Below are positions 1-7,734 of a DNA stretch of 64,000 nucleotides, one piece after another. The translations under genes were made by a program, and so were the position numbers. Each line of letters begins with the position of its first letter. The first letter of the stretch is position 1. The DNA comes from an uncultured Gammaproteobacteria bacterium (GTDB lineage: Bacteria > Patescibacteriota > Microgenomatia > Daviesbacterales > UBA10151), in the NCBI GenBank assembly GCA_964500725.1, contig CAZCNP010000006.1, forward strand, positions 3,634-67,633, written 5' to 3'. The notes below the pieces were generated by a model. That model had not been told where the DNA came from, searched no databases, and saw nothing but the letters and a program-made list of their open reading frames with translations.

Positions 1-407
1 AAACTAAACTCCTCTCCATATGTAAGTCCTGCTCTTGATCCAGGAATATTGGCGCTGTTACCGATAGTTAAAACAGAATTTGCCTTGAAATATTCACTAG
101 CTACTAGAGCTGTCATTATCTTGGTAGTAGATGCATTAGGATAGGGGGTGTTGGCATCTTTTTGATATAAAATCGTGTCAGTTGTTAAATCTTTAATTAA
201 AACTGCCCGGGCGGAAAAACTTGGAACAGGTAAATTCTTGCTAACTGGTGGGATATTATATTTTTGAACACCAGCAATTTGAGAATTATTTTGAGGAATT
301 TGTCTAATAGTTATTAATTTGTCTGTAGAAACAACAACAAAAGGCGTAACAGTTGCAATAATTACAGCAAGCAAAATTAAACCGGCAGAATATAGATAAT
401 ACTTCAT
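1..407 (-). CDS. D-alanyl-D-alanine carboxypeptidase (peptidase S11), runs off the window edge
   Basis: Manual translation from ATG 407: MKYYLYSAGLILLAVII...SARAVLIKDLTTDTILYQKDANTPYPNASTTKIMTAL. N-terminal hydrophobic segment and an SxxK motif (STTK). Confidence 0.85.
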   Translation of the reverse strand, partial: MKYYLYSAGLILLAVIIATVTPFVVVSTDKLITIRQIPQNNSQIAGVQKYNIPPVSKNLPVPSFSARAVLIKDLTTDTILYQKDANTPYPNASTTKIMTALVASEYFKANSVLTIGNSANIPGSRAGLTYGEEFS

Positions 408-429
408 GAAAAATATAGGACTAATTCTT

Positions 430-1749
430 TCAAGTTTTTTGAGAAAGCCTAATATCAACCCTTTCCATATCTCTTGGGAAAAGACTAGCCTCTCTCACAT
501 TAGAAAGATTCAGAACATGCATCGTCACTCGCTCCAGTCCAAAAGAGAATCCTCCTTCTGGGGGCATACCAAATTCAAAAGCCTGAAGATACATTTTAAA
601 ACTATCAGTATTCATTCCCCTACTTTTAATACTAGCGACAAGCTGCTGATAATCATTAATTCTCTGACTACCACTTAAAATTTCCAAACCCCTGAATAAT
701 AAATCATAACTTAGACTATATTCTGGATTTTGGGGATCTGGCATGGTGTAAAAAGGTTTTGCTGCAGTAGGAAAATGGGTAATAGTAACAAAATCACTAT
801 TATGCTTATTTCTGGACCATTTACATAAATCAATTTCATCCTGTGGGGTTAAATCTTTTTCCTTTCTATTATCGCGCCCAAATTCTTTATAGATAACCTC
901 TTGAGCTTCTCTTAAACTCAGTCTTGGAATTTTTCCTGAAAGCACTTTTTCAACACTAAATTCAGTTAGAGTATCTTCACATTCTTCCTCAGCCACTTTT
1001 AACATTTTAACTGCCACCCCTTCTAGTATATCTAACAAGTCTGTAAATTTAATAAAGCCCACTTCAATATCCATCTGAGTGCTTTCTGTTAAGTGTCTTG
1101 TAGTGACTGAGGGTTCTGCCCTGTAAGCTTTAGCTATTGTAAAAACTCTTTCAAATACTGGTATAAGCATTTGTTTATACAGTTGCGGACTCTGAGACAA
1201 ATAAGCTTTATGTTCAAAGTAATCTACCTTAAAAACTTCCGCTCCACCCTCAGTTGCTCCTGCCACTATTGTCGGCACAACAATCTCCGTACAACCTAAT
1301 TCATAGGCTGCTTGTCTAAATCCGGCAAGCAAACTTGATTGGACTTTAAAAATAGCCTTTACCTTAGGATGGCGCAAAGTAAGCGAGCGATAATCAAGAA
1401 GTGTAGGTAATTGCAAATCTAACTCTTTTGCTCCCATATCAAAAGGCAATTCTGCTGCCTCAGATAATACCTCAATATTTTCTGCAGAAATTTCAATCTC
1501 ACCTGTAGGAATATTCTTATTGACCAAATGCTCGGGTCTTTTATTAACTTTACCAGTTATACAAACTACATCTTGAGGGTGCAAATCCGGAGCTATTTCC
1601 TTGGTAGCTACTACCTGTATTACAGCTGACCTATCAGATACATCCAAAAATAAAATTTTCCCATGATCCCTTCGCACTTGTACCCATCCGTAAATATTAA
1701 CCTGCTCGCCAACTTTTTTATTACAATCTAAAATTAAGGTTCTATCCAT
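430..1749 (-). CDS. aspS: aspartyl-tRNA synthetase, short archaeal/non-discriminating type
   Basis: OB-fold start GWVQVRRDHGKILF, LSQSPQLYKQ, motif 2 YRAE..RHLTE, motif 3 GMPPEGGFSFGLER. Start moved to ATG 1749, downstream of a TATGAT -10. Confidence 0.9.
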   Translation of the reverse strand: MDRTLILDCNKKVGEQVNIYGWVQVRRDHGKILFLDVSDRSAVIQVVATKEIAPDLHPQDVVCITGKVNKRPEHLVNKNIPTGEIEISAENIEVLSEAAELPFDMGAKELDLQLPTLLDYRSLTLRHPKVKAIFKVQSSLLAGFRQAAYELGCTEIVVPTIVAGATEGGAEVFKVDYFEHKAYLSQSPQLYKQMLIPVFERVFTIAKAYRAEPSVTTRHLTESTQMDIEVGFIKFTDLLDILEGVAVKMLKVAEEECEDTLTEFSVEKVLSGKIPRLSLREAQEVIYKEFGRDNRKEKDLTPQDEIDLCKWSRNKHNSDFVTITHFPTAAKPFYTMPDPQNPEYSLSYDLLFRGLEILSGSQRINDYQQLVASIKSRGMNTDSFKMYLQAFEFGMPPEGGFSFGLERVTMHVLNLSNVREASLFPRDMERVDIRLSQKT

Positions 1750-1758
1750 ATCCTCTGC

Positions 1759-1810
1759 ATCATAACAGGAGCGTGTATAAATTGACAAGATGCAGGCTAG
1801 ATGCTAAGAT
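1759..1810. promoter_or_regulatory. overlapping divergent sigma70 promoters (aspS and T-box-like leader)
   Basis: Plus strand: TTGACA 1782-1787, 17 nt, TGcTAAGAT 1805-1810. Minus strand: TTGTCA 1788-1783, 18 nt, TGtTATGAT 1764-1759. Confidence 0.65.
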
Positions 1811-1816
1811 TTAAAT

Positions 1817-2116
1817 ACAATTAAATATTTTAAATCCGTTAATCTGGAAGGTTGGAACCAGGTAGGAGAGCAAAAGTATGCTACAGAGGCAAAACTGTAA
1901 AAGATCAGCAACATGTGTCGAAGTTTCGGAGCATGTCATGAATAAGGTTAACTTATTCCTTTTTGACATCCCTGGCGACAGGGATTTTTTAATGGCAATA
2001 AGTTAATAAAACAAGGTGGCACCGCCTAATCTTGTAAGCAGAGCTTTCCTTTTGCTTTGCACAACATAGACCCTTGTTAGATTACGAAATATCGTAGTCT
2101 GACAAGGGCTTTTTTT
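1817..2116 (+). promoter_or_regulatory. T-box-like leader RNA, copy 1 (non-canonical 5' domain)
   Basis: T-box motif AAGGTGGCACCGCC at 2013-2026. Its AAGG can pair with CCTT in the 5' arm of the terminator at 2071-2116. Homologous to 26850-27112. Confidence 0.75.
2071..2116 (+). terminator. intrinsic terminator of the T-box-like leader
   Basis: CCCTTGTTAGATTACGA-aata-TCGTAGTCTGACAAGGG followed by C and a T7 tract. Confidence 0.85.
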
Positions 2117-2148
2117 GTGGCAGAAACAAAAGGGAGGAGGTGATATTG

Positions 2149-2484
2149 ATGACAAGATGTGATATGGAACAATTTAATGAATTACTAGGTCAGACTATAG
2201 CTACAATAAATGAGAGTACCCATACTGTAACTGGTATCAATCTAAATGGCCATCCCGAACAAAGAGGAGTATACAAAGGCTTAACAAGAGAAGGCGAAAT
2301 CATTTTGATCCAAGATACTCTTGTTAATTCTCCAATAACCAGAGGTATGATTATTAGAGATAAGGTTATCGTAAAAACAGTAGGCCTAGGAAGAAGTAGG
2401 ATTTTAAGAAAAATAACTGGTATAGATCTTATGAAAGGCTTTCTTGGATGTCAGCGATATTTTCAAACAAATACAGAAGGATAA
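2149..2484 (+). CDS. hypothetical protein (N-terminus similar to 26616-26828)
   Basis: 111-aa ORF with strong SD GGAGGAGGTG at 2133-2142, directly after the T-box-like terminator. Confidence 0.65.
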   Translation: MTRCDMEQFNELLGQTIATINESTHTVTGINLNGHPEQRGVYKGLTREGEIILIQDTLVNSPITRGMIIRDKVIVKTVGLGRSRILRKITGIDLMKGFLGCQRYFQTNTEG

Positions 2485-2520
2485 ATCAGAAAAAATATGT
2501 TAACATAGATTCATTCTTTT

Positions 2521-4359
2521 ATGGAAAACTTGGAGAAAATTGCAAAACTTATCAGGTATTTTATTTTAGTTTCTACCACTGAGGCAGGCTCGGGGCATGT
2601 TACATCATCTTTATCTGCAACAGATCTAATGACTGTTTTGTTATTTGATGGATTTTTTAAATTTGATGTAAAAAACCCTCAAAATCCAAATAACGATAGG
2701 TTAATCTTTTCCAAAGGCCATGCCTCCCCTCTTTTCTATTCTCTCTTTGCTGCAGCTGGAGCAATTACTGAAACAGAACTTAAAACATTAAGAAAATTTG
2801 GCAGTAGGTTAGAAGGACATCCTACTATGCTGTTTCCCTTTACCGAAGCTCCTACTGGCTCTTTAGGTCAAGGTTTATCTATTGGATTAGGCATGGCACT
2901 TTCTGCAAAATATCTAGATAAATTGCCTTTTAAAACTTATGTTTTGTTAGGAGATTCCGAGATGGCAGAAGGCTCTGTCTGGGAAGCAATTCAACTAGCT
3001 GCACATTACCAATTAGATAATTTAATTGGAATTTTGGACGTTAACCGTTTAGGCCAACGAGGGCAAACAATGTATGGTCACAATATTAAAGATTATGAAA
3101 AAAGAATTGCTGCATTCGGGTGGCAGACAATAGCAATCGACGGGCACTCGCTAAAAGAAATCCGAGGAGCTTTTAAAAAAGCTCAAGGTATGAAAGGTGT
3201 TCCAATAATGATTATTGCCAAAACTTTAAAAGGCAAAGGTATTTCGTTTTTAGAAGACAAGGATGACTGGCATGGCAAAGCTTTAAAACCTGAAGAGCTA
3301 GAAAAGGCGCTAGCAGAATTAGGTCCTATTGATAAAAAGCTTACAGGAAAAATAACCATGCCCCCTAAATTTAAAGATCAGAAATTAAAAGCTAAAGTTT
3401 CAACCCAAGATTCAAAAACGAACTACCAACTAGGAGAAAACATTGCTACTAGAAAAGCTTATGGAAATGCCTTAGTTAGAATTTATCCTCAATTTCCTAA
3501 CCTGGTTGTGTTGGATGCAGAAGTCTCGAACTCTACTTTTGCAGATATATTTAAAAAAGCTTACCCGGAGAGATTTTTTGAAATGTATATTGCAGAACAA
3601 AACATGGTCGGCACGGCTTTGGGTCTAGCAAGACAAGATAAGATTCCTTTTGTTTCAACCTTTGCTGCTTTTTTTAGCAGGGCTTTTGATCAGATTCGGA
3701 TGAGTCAATACGCAGATACTAATATTAAGTTTATTGGCTCTCATGCTGGAGTATCAATTGGTGAAGATGGCGCTTCTCAGATGGGTTTGGAAGATATTGC
3801 TATATTTAGAAGCCTATTAAATAGTGTTATTTTATACCCTTCAGATGCTGTTTCCACTGAAAAATTACTTACTGAAGCTGCCAAACACAAAGGAAATGTT
3901 TATATTCGCACTACCAGAAAAGACACTCCAATTTTATATCCAAATAACGAACAATTTCCAATTGGCGGGAGCAAGATTTTAAAAAGTAGTAATAAAGATC
4001 TTGTAACTGTAATTGGAGCAGGCATAACTCTACATGAAGCTTTAGCTGCATATGAACAACTAGCTAAAGAAAATATCTTAATTAGAGTAATTGATCTTTA
4101 CAGCATCAAACCTTTAGATATTAAAACTTTAGTAAAGGCATCACAAGAAACACAAGCAATTATTACCGTTGAGGATCACTTCGAGCAAGGAGGCATAGGT
4201 GAAGCTGTTTCTTCTACTCTTTCTGGTCATAAGACAAAAGTGTATTCCTTGGCAGTTAGAAAAATGCCAAGAAGTGGAAAACCAGCTGAGCTTTTGGAAT
4301 ATGAAGAAATATCTGCAAGTGCAATTATACAAAAAGTAAAAGAAATTATTGCATTTTAA
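2521..4359 (+). CDS. tkt: transketolase
   Basis: SGH, DRLIFSKGH, LEGHP, TGSLGQG, TPP motif GDSE..EG..WEA...N, IAEQNM, GEDGASQM. Confidence 0.93.
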   Translation: MENLEKIAKLIRYFILVSTTEAGSGHVTSSLSATDLMTVLLFDGFFKFDVKNPQNPNNDRLIFSKGHASPLFYSLFAAAGAITETELKTLRKFGSRLEGHPTMLFPFTEAPTGSLGQGLSIGLGMALSAKYLDKLPFKTYVLLGDSEMAEGSVWEAIQLAAHYQLDNLIGILDVNRLGQRGQTMYGHNIKDYEKRIAAFGWQTIAIDGHSLKEIRGAFKKAQGMKGVPIMIIAKTLKGKGISFLEDKDDWHGKALKPEELEKALAELGPIDKKLTGKITMPPKFKDQKLKAKVSTQDSKTNYQLGENIATRKAYGNALVRIYPQFPNLVVLDAEVSNSTFADIFKKAYPERFFEMYIAEQNMVGTALGLARQDKIPFVSTFAAFFSRAFDQIRMSQYADTNIKFIGSHAGVSIGEDGASQMGLEDIAIFRSLLNSVILYPSDAVSTEKLLTEAAKHKGNVYIRTTRKDTPILYPNNEQFPIGGSKILKSSNKDLVTVIGAGITLHEALAAYEQLAKENILIRVIDLYSIKPLDIKTLVKASQETQAIITVEDHFEQGGIGEAVSSTLSGHKTKVYSLAVRKMPRSGKPAELLEYEEISASAIIQKVKEIIAF

Positions 4360-4377
4360 TTATTACTGCTGTATAAT
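4349..4377 (+). promoter_or_regulatory. sigma70 promoter for the aro leader
   Basis: TTGCAT-17 nt-TATAAT. Confidence 0.65.
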
Positions 4378-4389
4378 TTTTTAATTGTT

Positions 4390-4455
4390 ATGAATATATT
4401 AAAACAAAGCAACTATTTTTGGTTTTATTTTACTTCCCCAAGGGAGGCTAGCTAA
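4390..4455 (+). CDS. attenuator leader peptide MNILKQSNYFWFYFTSPREAS
   Basis: Manual translation. Six consecutive aromatic codons (TAT TTT TGG TTT TAT TTT, 4414-4431) upstream of a terminator and DAHP synthase. Confidence 0.85.
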   Translation: MNILKQSNYFWFYFTSPREAS

Positions 4456-4485
4456 GGCTATTTAAAAATAAGCCAAGAGCTTGTT

Positions 4486-4512
4486 AAACCTCCCAATTAG
4501 GGAGGTTTTTTT
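4486..4512 (+). terminator. attenuator terminator before DAHP synthase
   Basis: AAACCTCCC-aatta-GGGAGGTTT plus T tract. The 5' arm is also complementary to GGGAGG at 4442-4447 (antiterminator). Confidence 0.85.
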
Positions 4513-4535
4513 GTGAGAAAAAAGAGAAAATAAAT

Positions 4536-5357
4536 ATGTACAAAGTTGAAAGAATAGAAAGAAGCGATATAATAAGGCCAGACGAGTTTGCTGTTGCCGG
4601 TGGCCCATGTGCAATAGAAACAGAAAAACAAGCTTTCGCTGTTGCACAGTCTCTTTACGAGATGGAGATACGGATATACAGAGGACAATTATGGAAACCC
4701 CGATCAAGCAGAGATAGTTTTCAAGGCATAGGGCTTGCAGGAATACCATGGTTGAATAGAATTAAAAGAGATTTCGGTATGGTTATTGCTACAGAGATTG
4801 TAGATAAAGACCAGATAAAACCAACCATTGATGTTGTAGACATACCATGGATTGGATCAAGAAATATGCAGAATTTCGAGTTATTAAAGGCTATAGCTGA
4901 TGATGGAACAAACCGACCTGTAATATTAAAAAGAGGCGCATCTGCAACAATTAAAGAGTGGTTACAATCCGCAGATTATATAGGCAGAGAAAGAGTTATA
5001 CTGTGTGAACGTGGAGTAAGAACTTCTACAGACTCAACAAGATACACTCTAGATTTAAATGGGGCTCTGGTGGCAAAACATGATCACGGAATGCCTGTAA
5101 TAGGCGACCCTTCTCATCCGGCCGGCCGTCGTGATTTAGTTTTACCCCTTGCTCGTGCCATTGTAGCCGCTGGGCTGGATGGAATGGTAGTAGAAATACA
5201 TACCAATCCCGAACAAGCCTTATCTGACAAAGATCAACAAATTACTCCTGAGACTTTTCGTGAAATGTTAAGACAAACACGAGCAATATATAAAGTGTTA
5301 AATCCCCCGGTTTTAAATGGCCATCATACTAGACTTTTATCACCTGCATTAGCATAA
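4536..5357 (+). CDS. aroF: DAHP synthase, type I-beta, catalytic domain only
   Basis: GGPCAIE, RG..WKPRSS, WIGSRNMQN, ILKRG, LCERG, DPSH, EIH..P..ALSD. No N-terminal ACT or chorismate mutase domain. Confidence 0.88.
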   Translation: MYKVERIERSDIIRPDEFAVAGGPCAIETEKQAFAVAQSLYEMEIRIYRGQLWKPRSSRDSFQGIGLAGIPWLNRIKRDFGMVIATEIVDKDQIKPTIDVVDIPWIGSRNMQNFELLKAIADDGTNRPVILKRGASATIKEWLQSADYIGRERVILCERGVRTSTDSTRYTLDLNGALVAKHDHGMPVIGDPSHPAGRRDLVLPLARAIVAAGLDGMVVEIHTNPEQALSDKDQQITPETFREMLRQTRAIYKVLNPPVLNGHHTRLLSPALA

Positions 5358-5362
5358 TTTTT

Positions 5363-5446
5363 ATGAATATCAAACAACAACTTACCAATATACCAAATAA
5401 GGAATTCTTCTTTTTTACTCCGCCAAAGGACGGGGGTCATTCTTAA
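5363..5446 (+). CDS. phenylalanine attenuator leader peptide MNIKQQLTNIPNKEFFFFTPPKDGGHS
   Basis: Manual translation. TTC TTC TTT TTT at 5405-5416, upstream of a terminator and pheA. Confidence 0.85.
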   Translation: MNIKQQLTNIPNKEFFFFTPPKDGGHS

Positions 5447-5473
5447 CATTTAAGTTAAGAATATCAAAGAGAC

Positions 5474-5498
5474 ACCCCCGCCCAAAGCGGGGTTTTTT
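5474..5498 (+). terminator. attenuator terminator before pheA
   Basis: CCCCGC-ccaaa-GCGGGG plus T6. ACCCCCGCCC can alternatively pair with GGACGGGGGT at 5428-5437. Confidence 0.85.
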
Positions 5499-5507
5499 AA
5501 TAAAAAT

Positions 5508-6443
5508 ATGATTAATGAAACAGAGTTAAAAATTAATGATCATCCAATAGTAGTAAAACTTGCTCAAGACAGAACAAAACCTAGAGTAGCTTGTTTAGGA
5601 CCAGCAGGTACTTACACAGAAGCAGCCAGATATGAATTATTAAAAGATCATCTGGATAGGATGGATCAAGAATTTCTCCCTGCCAATGCTAAAGTAGTCC
5701 AACAAGTAGAAGCAGGTGATTTTGATATTGGTATTGTTCCTGTTGAGAATGCCATTGAAGGAGACGTTGTTGAAGTCTTAAGAGAACTAAACCATACCAA
5801 AGAAACTACTATATTGGGAGAAACGATTTTAGGCATCGATCATATGCTAATCGGTCAACCAGGATCTAACACAGAAGAAATCCGTTCTCATCCTCAAGCA
5901 TTAGCTCAATGCAGAAGTTTTCTTTTAGAGAATTATCCTCAAGCAAAACAAGAACCATCGCTTAGCACCACAGCTGCTGTTGAGTATGCTTTACAACATC
6001 CAAGCACGACAGCAATTGCTGGCAGAAGAGCAGCTATAGTTTATAACCTGCCTATTTTGGCGGAAAATATTGGGGATGTTAAAGGTAATTCCACCCGCTT
6101 TTTAATATTGGGCAGAGGCGAAACTGAGCCCACAGGTCAAGATAGCACCGCTTTAATCTTCGTTCCGAGAGGAGACCGCCCAGGCATTTTAGCCAGATGC
6201 TTAACTGCCCTTGCTTCTTATGGAATTAATTTAACCAAATTAGACTCCCGCCCTACTGGAGTAATGAGAGAATATGCATTTTGGATTACTTTAGATGGTC
6301 ATATCAAAGATGAAATGGTCAGGCGAGGAATAGATGATTTAAGAGATACCTATTGTTCGTCATTAAGGGTACTTGGTTCTTATAGGAAAGCAGAACTACC
6401 ACAAGGGGCGAAAGACCCCGGAGCTATCAATAATAGTGGATAA
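5508..6443 (+). CDS. pheA: prephenate dehydratase with ACT domain
   Basis: LGPAGTYTE, VPVENAIEG, SHPQALAQC, NSTRF (TRF motif), PGILA, INLTKLDSRP, LRVLGSY. Confidence 0.93.
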   Translation: MINETELKINDHPIVVKLAQDRTKPRVACLGPAGTYTEAARYELLKDHLDRMDQEFLPANAKVVQQVEAGDFDIGIVPVENAIEGDVVEVLRELNHTKETTILGETILGIDHMLIGQPGSNTEEIRSHPQALAQCRSFLLENYPQAKQEPSLSTTAAVEYALQHPSTTAIAGRRAAIVYNLPILAENIGDVKGNSTRFLILGRGETEPTGQDSTALIFVPRGDRPGILARCLTALASYGINLTKLDSRPTGVMREYAFWITLDGHIKDEMVRRGIDDLRDTYCSSLRVLGSYRKAELPQGAKDPGAINNSG

Positions 6444-6464
6444 CGGTAGATAAGATTTGCTAGA

Positions 6465-6493
6465 TTGACAAATTGACACCTAAGAGTTATTCT
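6465..6493 (+). promoter_or_regulatory. sigma70 promoter for the Ile/Leu/Val-rich leader
   Basis: TTGACA 6465-6470, 17 nt, TATTCT 6488-6493. Confidence 0.55.
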
Positions 6494-6532
6494 ATTATGA
6501 GCTAAGCTTAAAAGGCTTTGCTTTTTTCTTTT

Positions 6533-6634
6533 ATGTCAAAAGTTATTGTTGTAGATTTAAAAAAAGTTGAAATTTTAGTCAGCCTCCTTATTATGCTCCT
6601 TATTGGAGCATTTCTGGGAGGTCTTTTTAGATAA
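6533..6634 (+). CDS. putative branched-chain amino acid attenuator leader MSKVIVVDLKKVEILVSLLIMLLIGAFLGGLFR
   Basis: 17 of 33 codons are Ile/Leu/Val. Contains attenuator segments 1 (AGCCTCC 6581-6587) and 2 (GGGAGGT 6616-6622). Confidence 0.7.
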   Translation: MSKVIVVDLKKVEILVSLLIMLLIGAFLGGLFR

Positions 6635-6660
6635 AGTTTATCTAAAAGAAAGGAAATTAA

Positions 6661-6684
6661 GGCCTCCCAAATGGGAGGTTTTTT
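6661..6684 (+). terminator. attenuator terminator
   Basis: GGCCTCCCA-aa-TGGGAGGTT plus T tract. The 5' arm is complementary to 6616-6623. Confidence 0.8.
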
Positions 6685-6698
6685 ATTGGGAAAAGAAT

Positions 6699-7136
6699 AT
6701 GTCAACCATAGAACAAAGGAAACTATATTTAGGAAATACTGATAAACCTGATCCAACAGTATCTGCCCTTTTTGATAAAAGGGATCAATCTCGTGCGTCT
6801 ATACATCGAGAGCAAATAGCAACTAATCAATATGATCTAGCAGAAGAACGAAGACTTGCCAGAATAAAACGCAAGAGTAGAAAATCACATATTCGTCCCT
6901 CTTCGCCTATAAAAGAAGTTCAAACACCTACTATTGTTGAACCAATCGAAGACAGAATTGCTAGAATTGGTGCACTTAATGATTTGAGTTATGCGCTGGC
7001 TATGTTAAAAGCTGGAAGAAAATCAGGAGAGTTAAGCAGAAGAGAATTTACTGACTTACATCAAATTATTGCAGGTGATTACAGACAAAAACAAAGAGAA
7101 CATATGGAGCATATGTCTAAGAAAGGAGGAAATTAA
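6699..7136 (+). CDS. hypothetical protein
   Basis: 145 aa from ATG 6699, immediately after the terminator. Charged and probably helical; no family recognised. Confidence 0.6.
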   Translation: MSTIEQRKLYLGNTDKPDPTVSALFDKRDQSRASIHREQIATNQYDLAEERRLARIKRKSRKSHIRPSSPIKEVQTPTIVEPIEDRIARIGALNDLSYALAMLKAGRKSGELSRREFTDLHQIIAGDYRQKQREHMEHMSKKGGN

Positions 7137-7137
7137 A

Positions 7138-7440
7138 ATGACTTTAGAGTCAAAAAAAGGCACCACTTCACCTATCAATGGAGTAGATCCATCAAGCGTA
7201 TTTGATTATACTTTGCGAATTTATATTCCTATAGAAGAATATGAAGATCGCCTAGAAGAAGCACGCCAAGCTAGAGAGGCTACTGAAATAGCCTTAGCTC
7301 AAGAAATAGTTTCAAGACCATCTGCAAAACATACTACCACACAGGGAAGACGAAATGGTTACCATCGAAAAAATGGGGCAGAATCAACCCGTTTACAACA
7401 GCGGGGATCAATAAAAGGTTTTCAAACACCTAAACTATAA
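7138..7440 (+). CDS. hypothetical protein
   Basis: ATG 7138 with SD AGGAGG, abutting the upstream stop. Confidence 0.6.
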   Translation: MTLESKKGTTSPINGVDPSSVFDYTLRIYIPIEEYEDRLEEARQAREATEIALAQEIVSRPSAKHTTTQGRRNGYHRKNGAESTRLQQRGSIKGFQTPKL

Positions 7441-7476
7441 CTTGATTAAAAGAATTTCTGAAAGGAGGTAAGTTTA

Positions 7477-7734
7477 ATGGTTGAAGCCATAAATGGAAAA
7501 AATCACCAACCTAATATGGAAAGAGTAAGCGAGGGGTTATTTGATGTAATTAGCGGCGGGGTAAGAGTTGCCCTAGAGTTAGGCCTTCTAACAACGGAAG
7601 GGCCTTACAGACCACAAGAAATGACTACAGCATTAGTTAGAAGAATGAGTGGCCAGAATATTGATGGTTTAGAAAGACAACTTCTAGATATTCAAAGAGT
7701 AATGTCTGTTCTTAGGCAAGTTTTAGATCCTTAA
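7477..7734 (+). CDS. hypothetical protein
   Basis: 85 aa with SD AAGGAGGT; overlaps the 3' end of recJ convergently. Confidence 0.6.
   Translation: MVEAINGKNHQPNMERVSEGLFDVISGGVRVALELGLLTTEGPYRPQEMTTALVRRMSGQNIDGLERQLLDIQRVMSVLRQVLDP

Noticed and set aside
1878-2006. 42-codon ORF (MLQRQNCKRS...LFLFDIPGDRDFLMAIS) with a GGAG upstream, inside T-box-like leader 1
   Set aside because: There is no counterpart in leader copy 2 and no regulatory codon run. Conservation between the copies is at the RNA-structure level.
2149-2484. Faint resemblance to 3-methyladenine DNA glycosylase (LLG..., G.G..L...GI)
   Set aside because: The catalytic ETEAY and other core motifs are absent; too weak to call by eye.
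4536-5357. KDO8P synthase as an alternative call
   Set aside because: It has KPRSS rather than KANRS, an aromatic leader and an adjacent pheA.
6508-6756. Minus-strand 82-aa ORF and the 6603-6698 N-terminal extension of the plus-strand ORF
   Set aside because: Both run through the attenuator hairpins; the apparent repeat (FWEVF/KWEVF) simply reflects the repeated GGGAGG segments.
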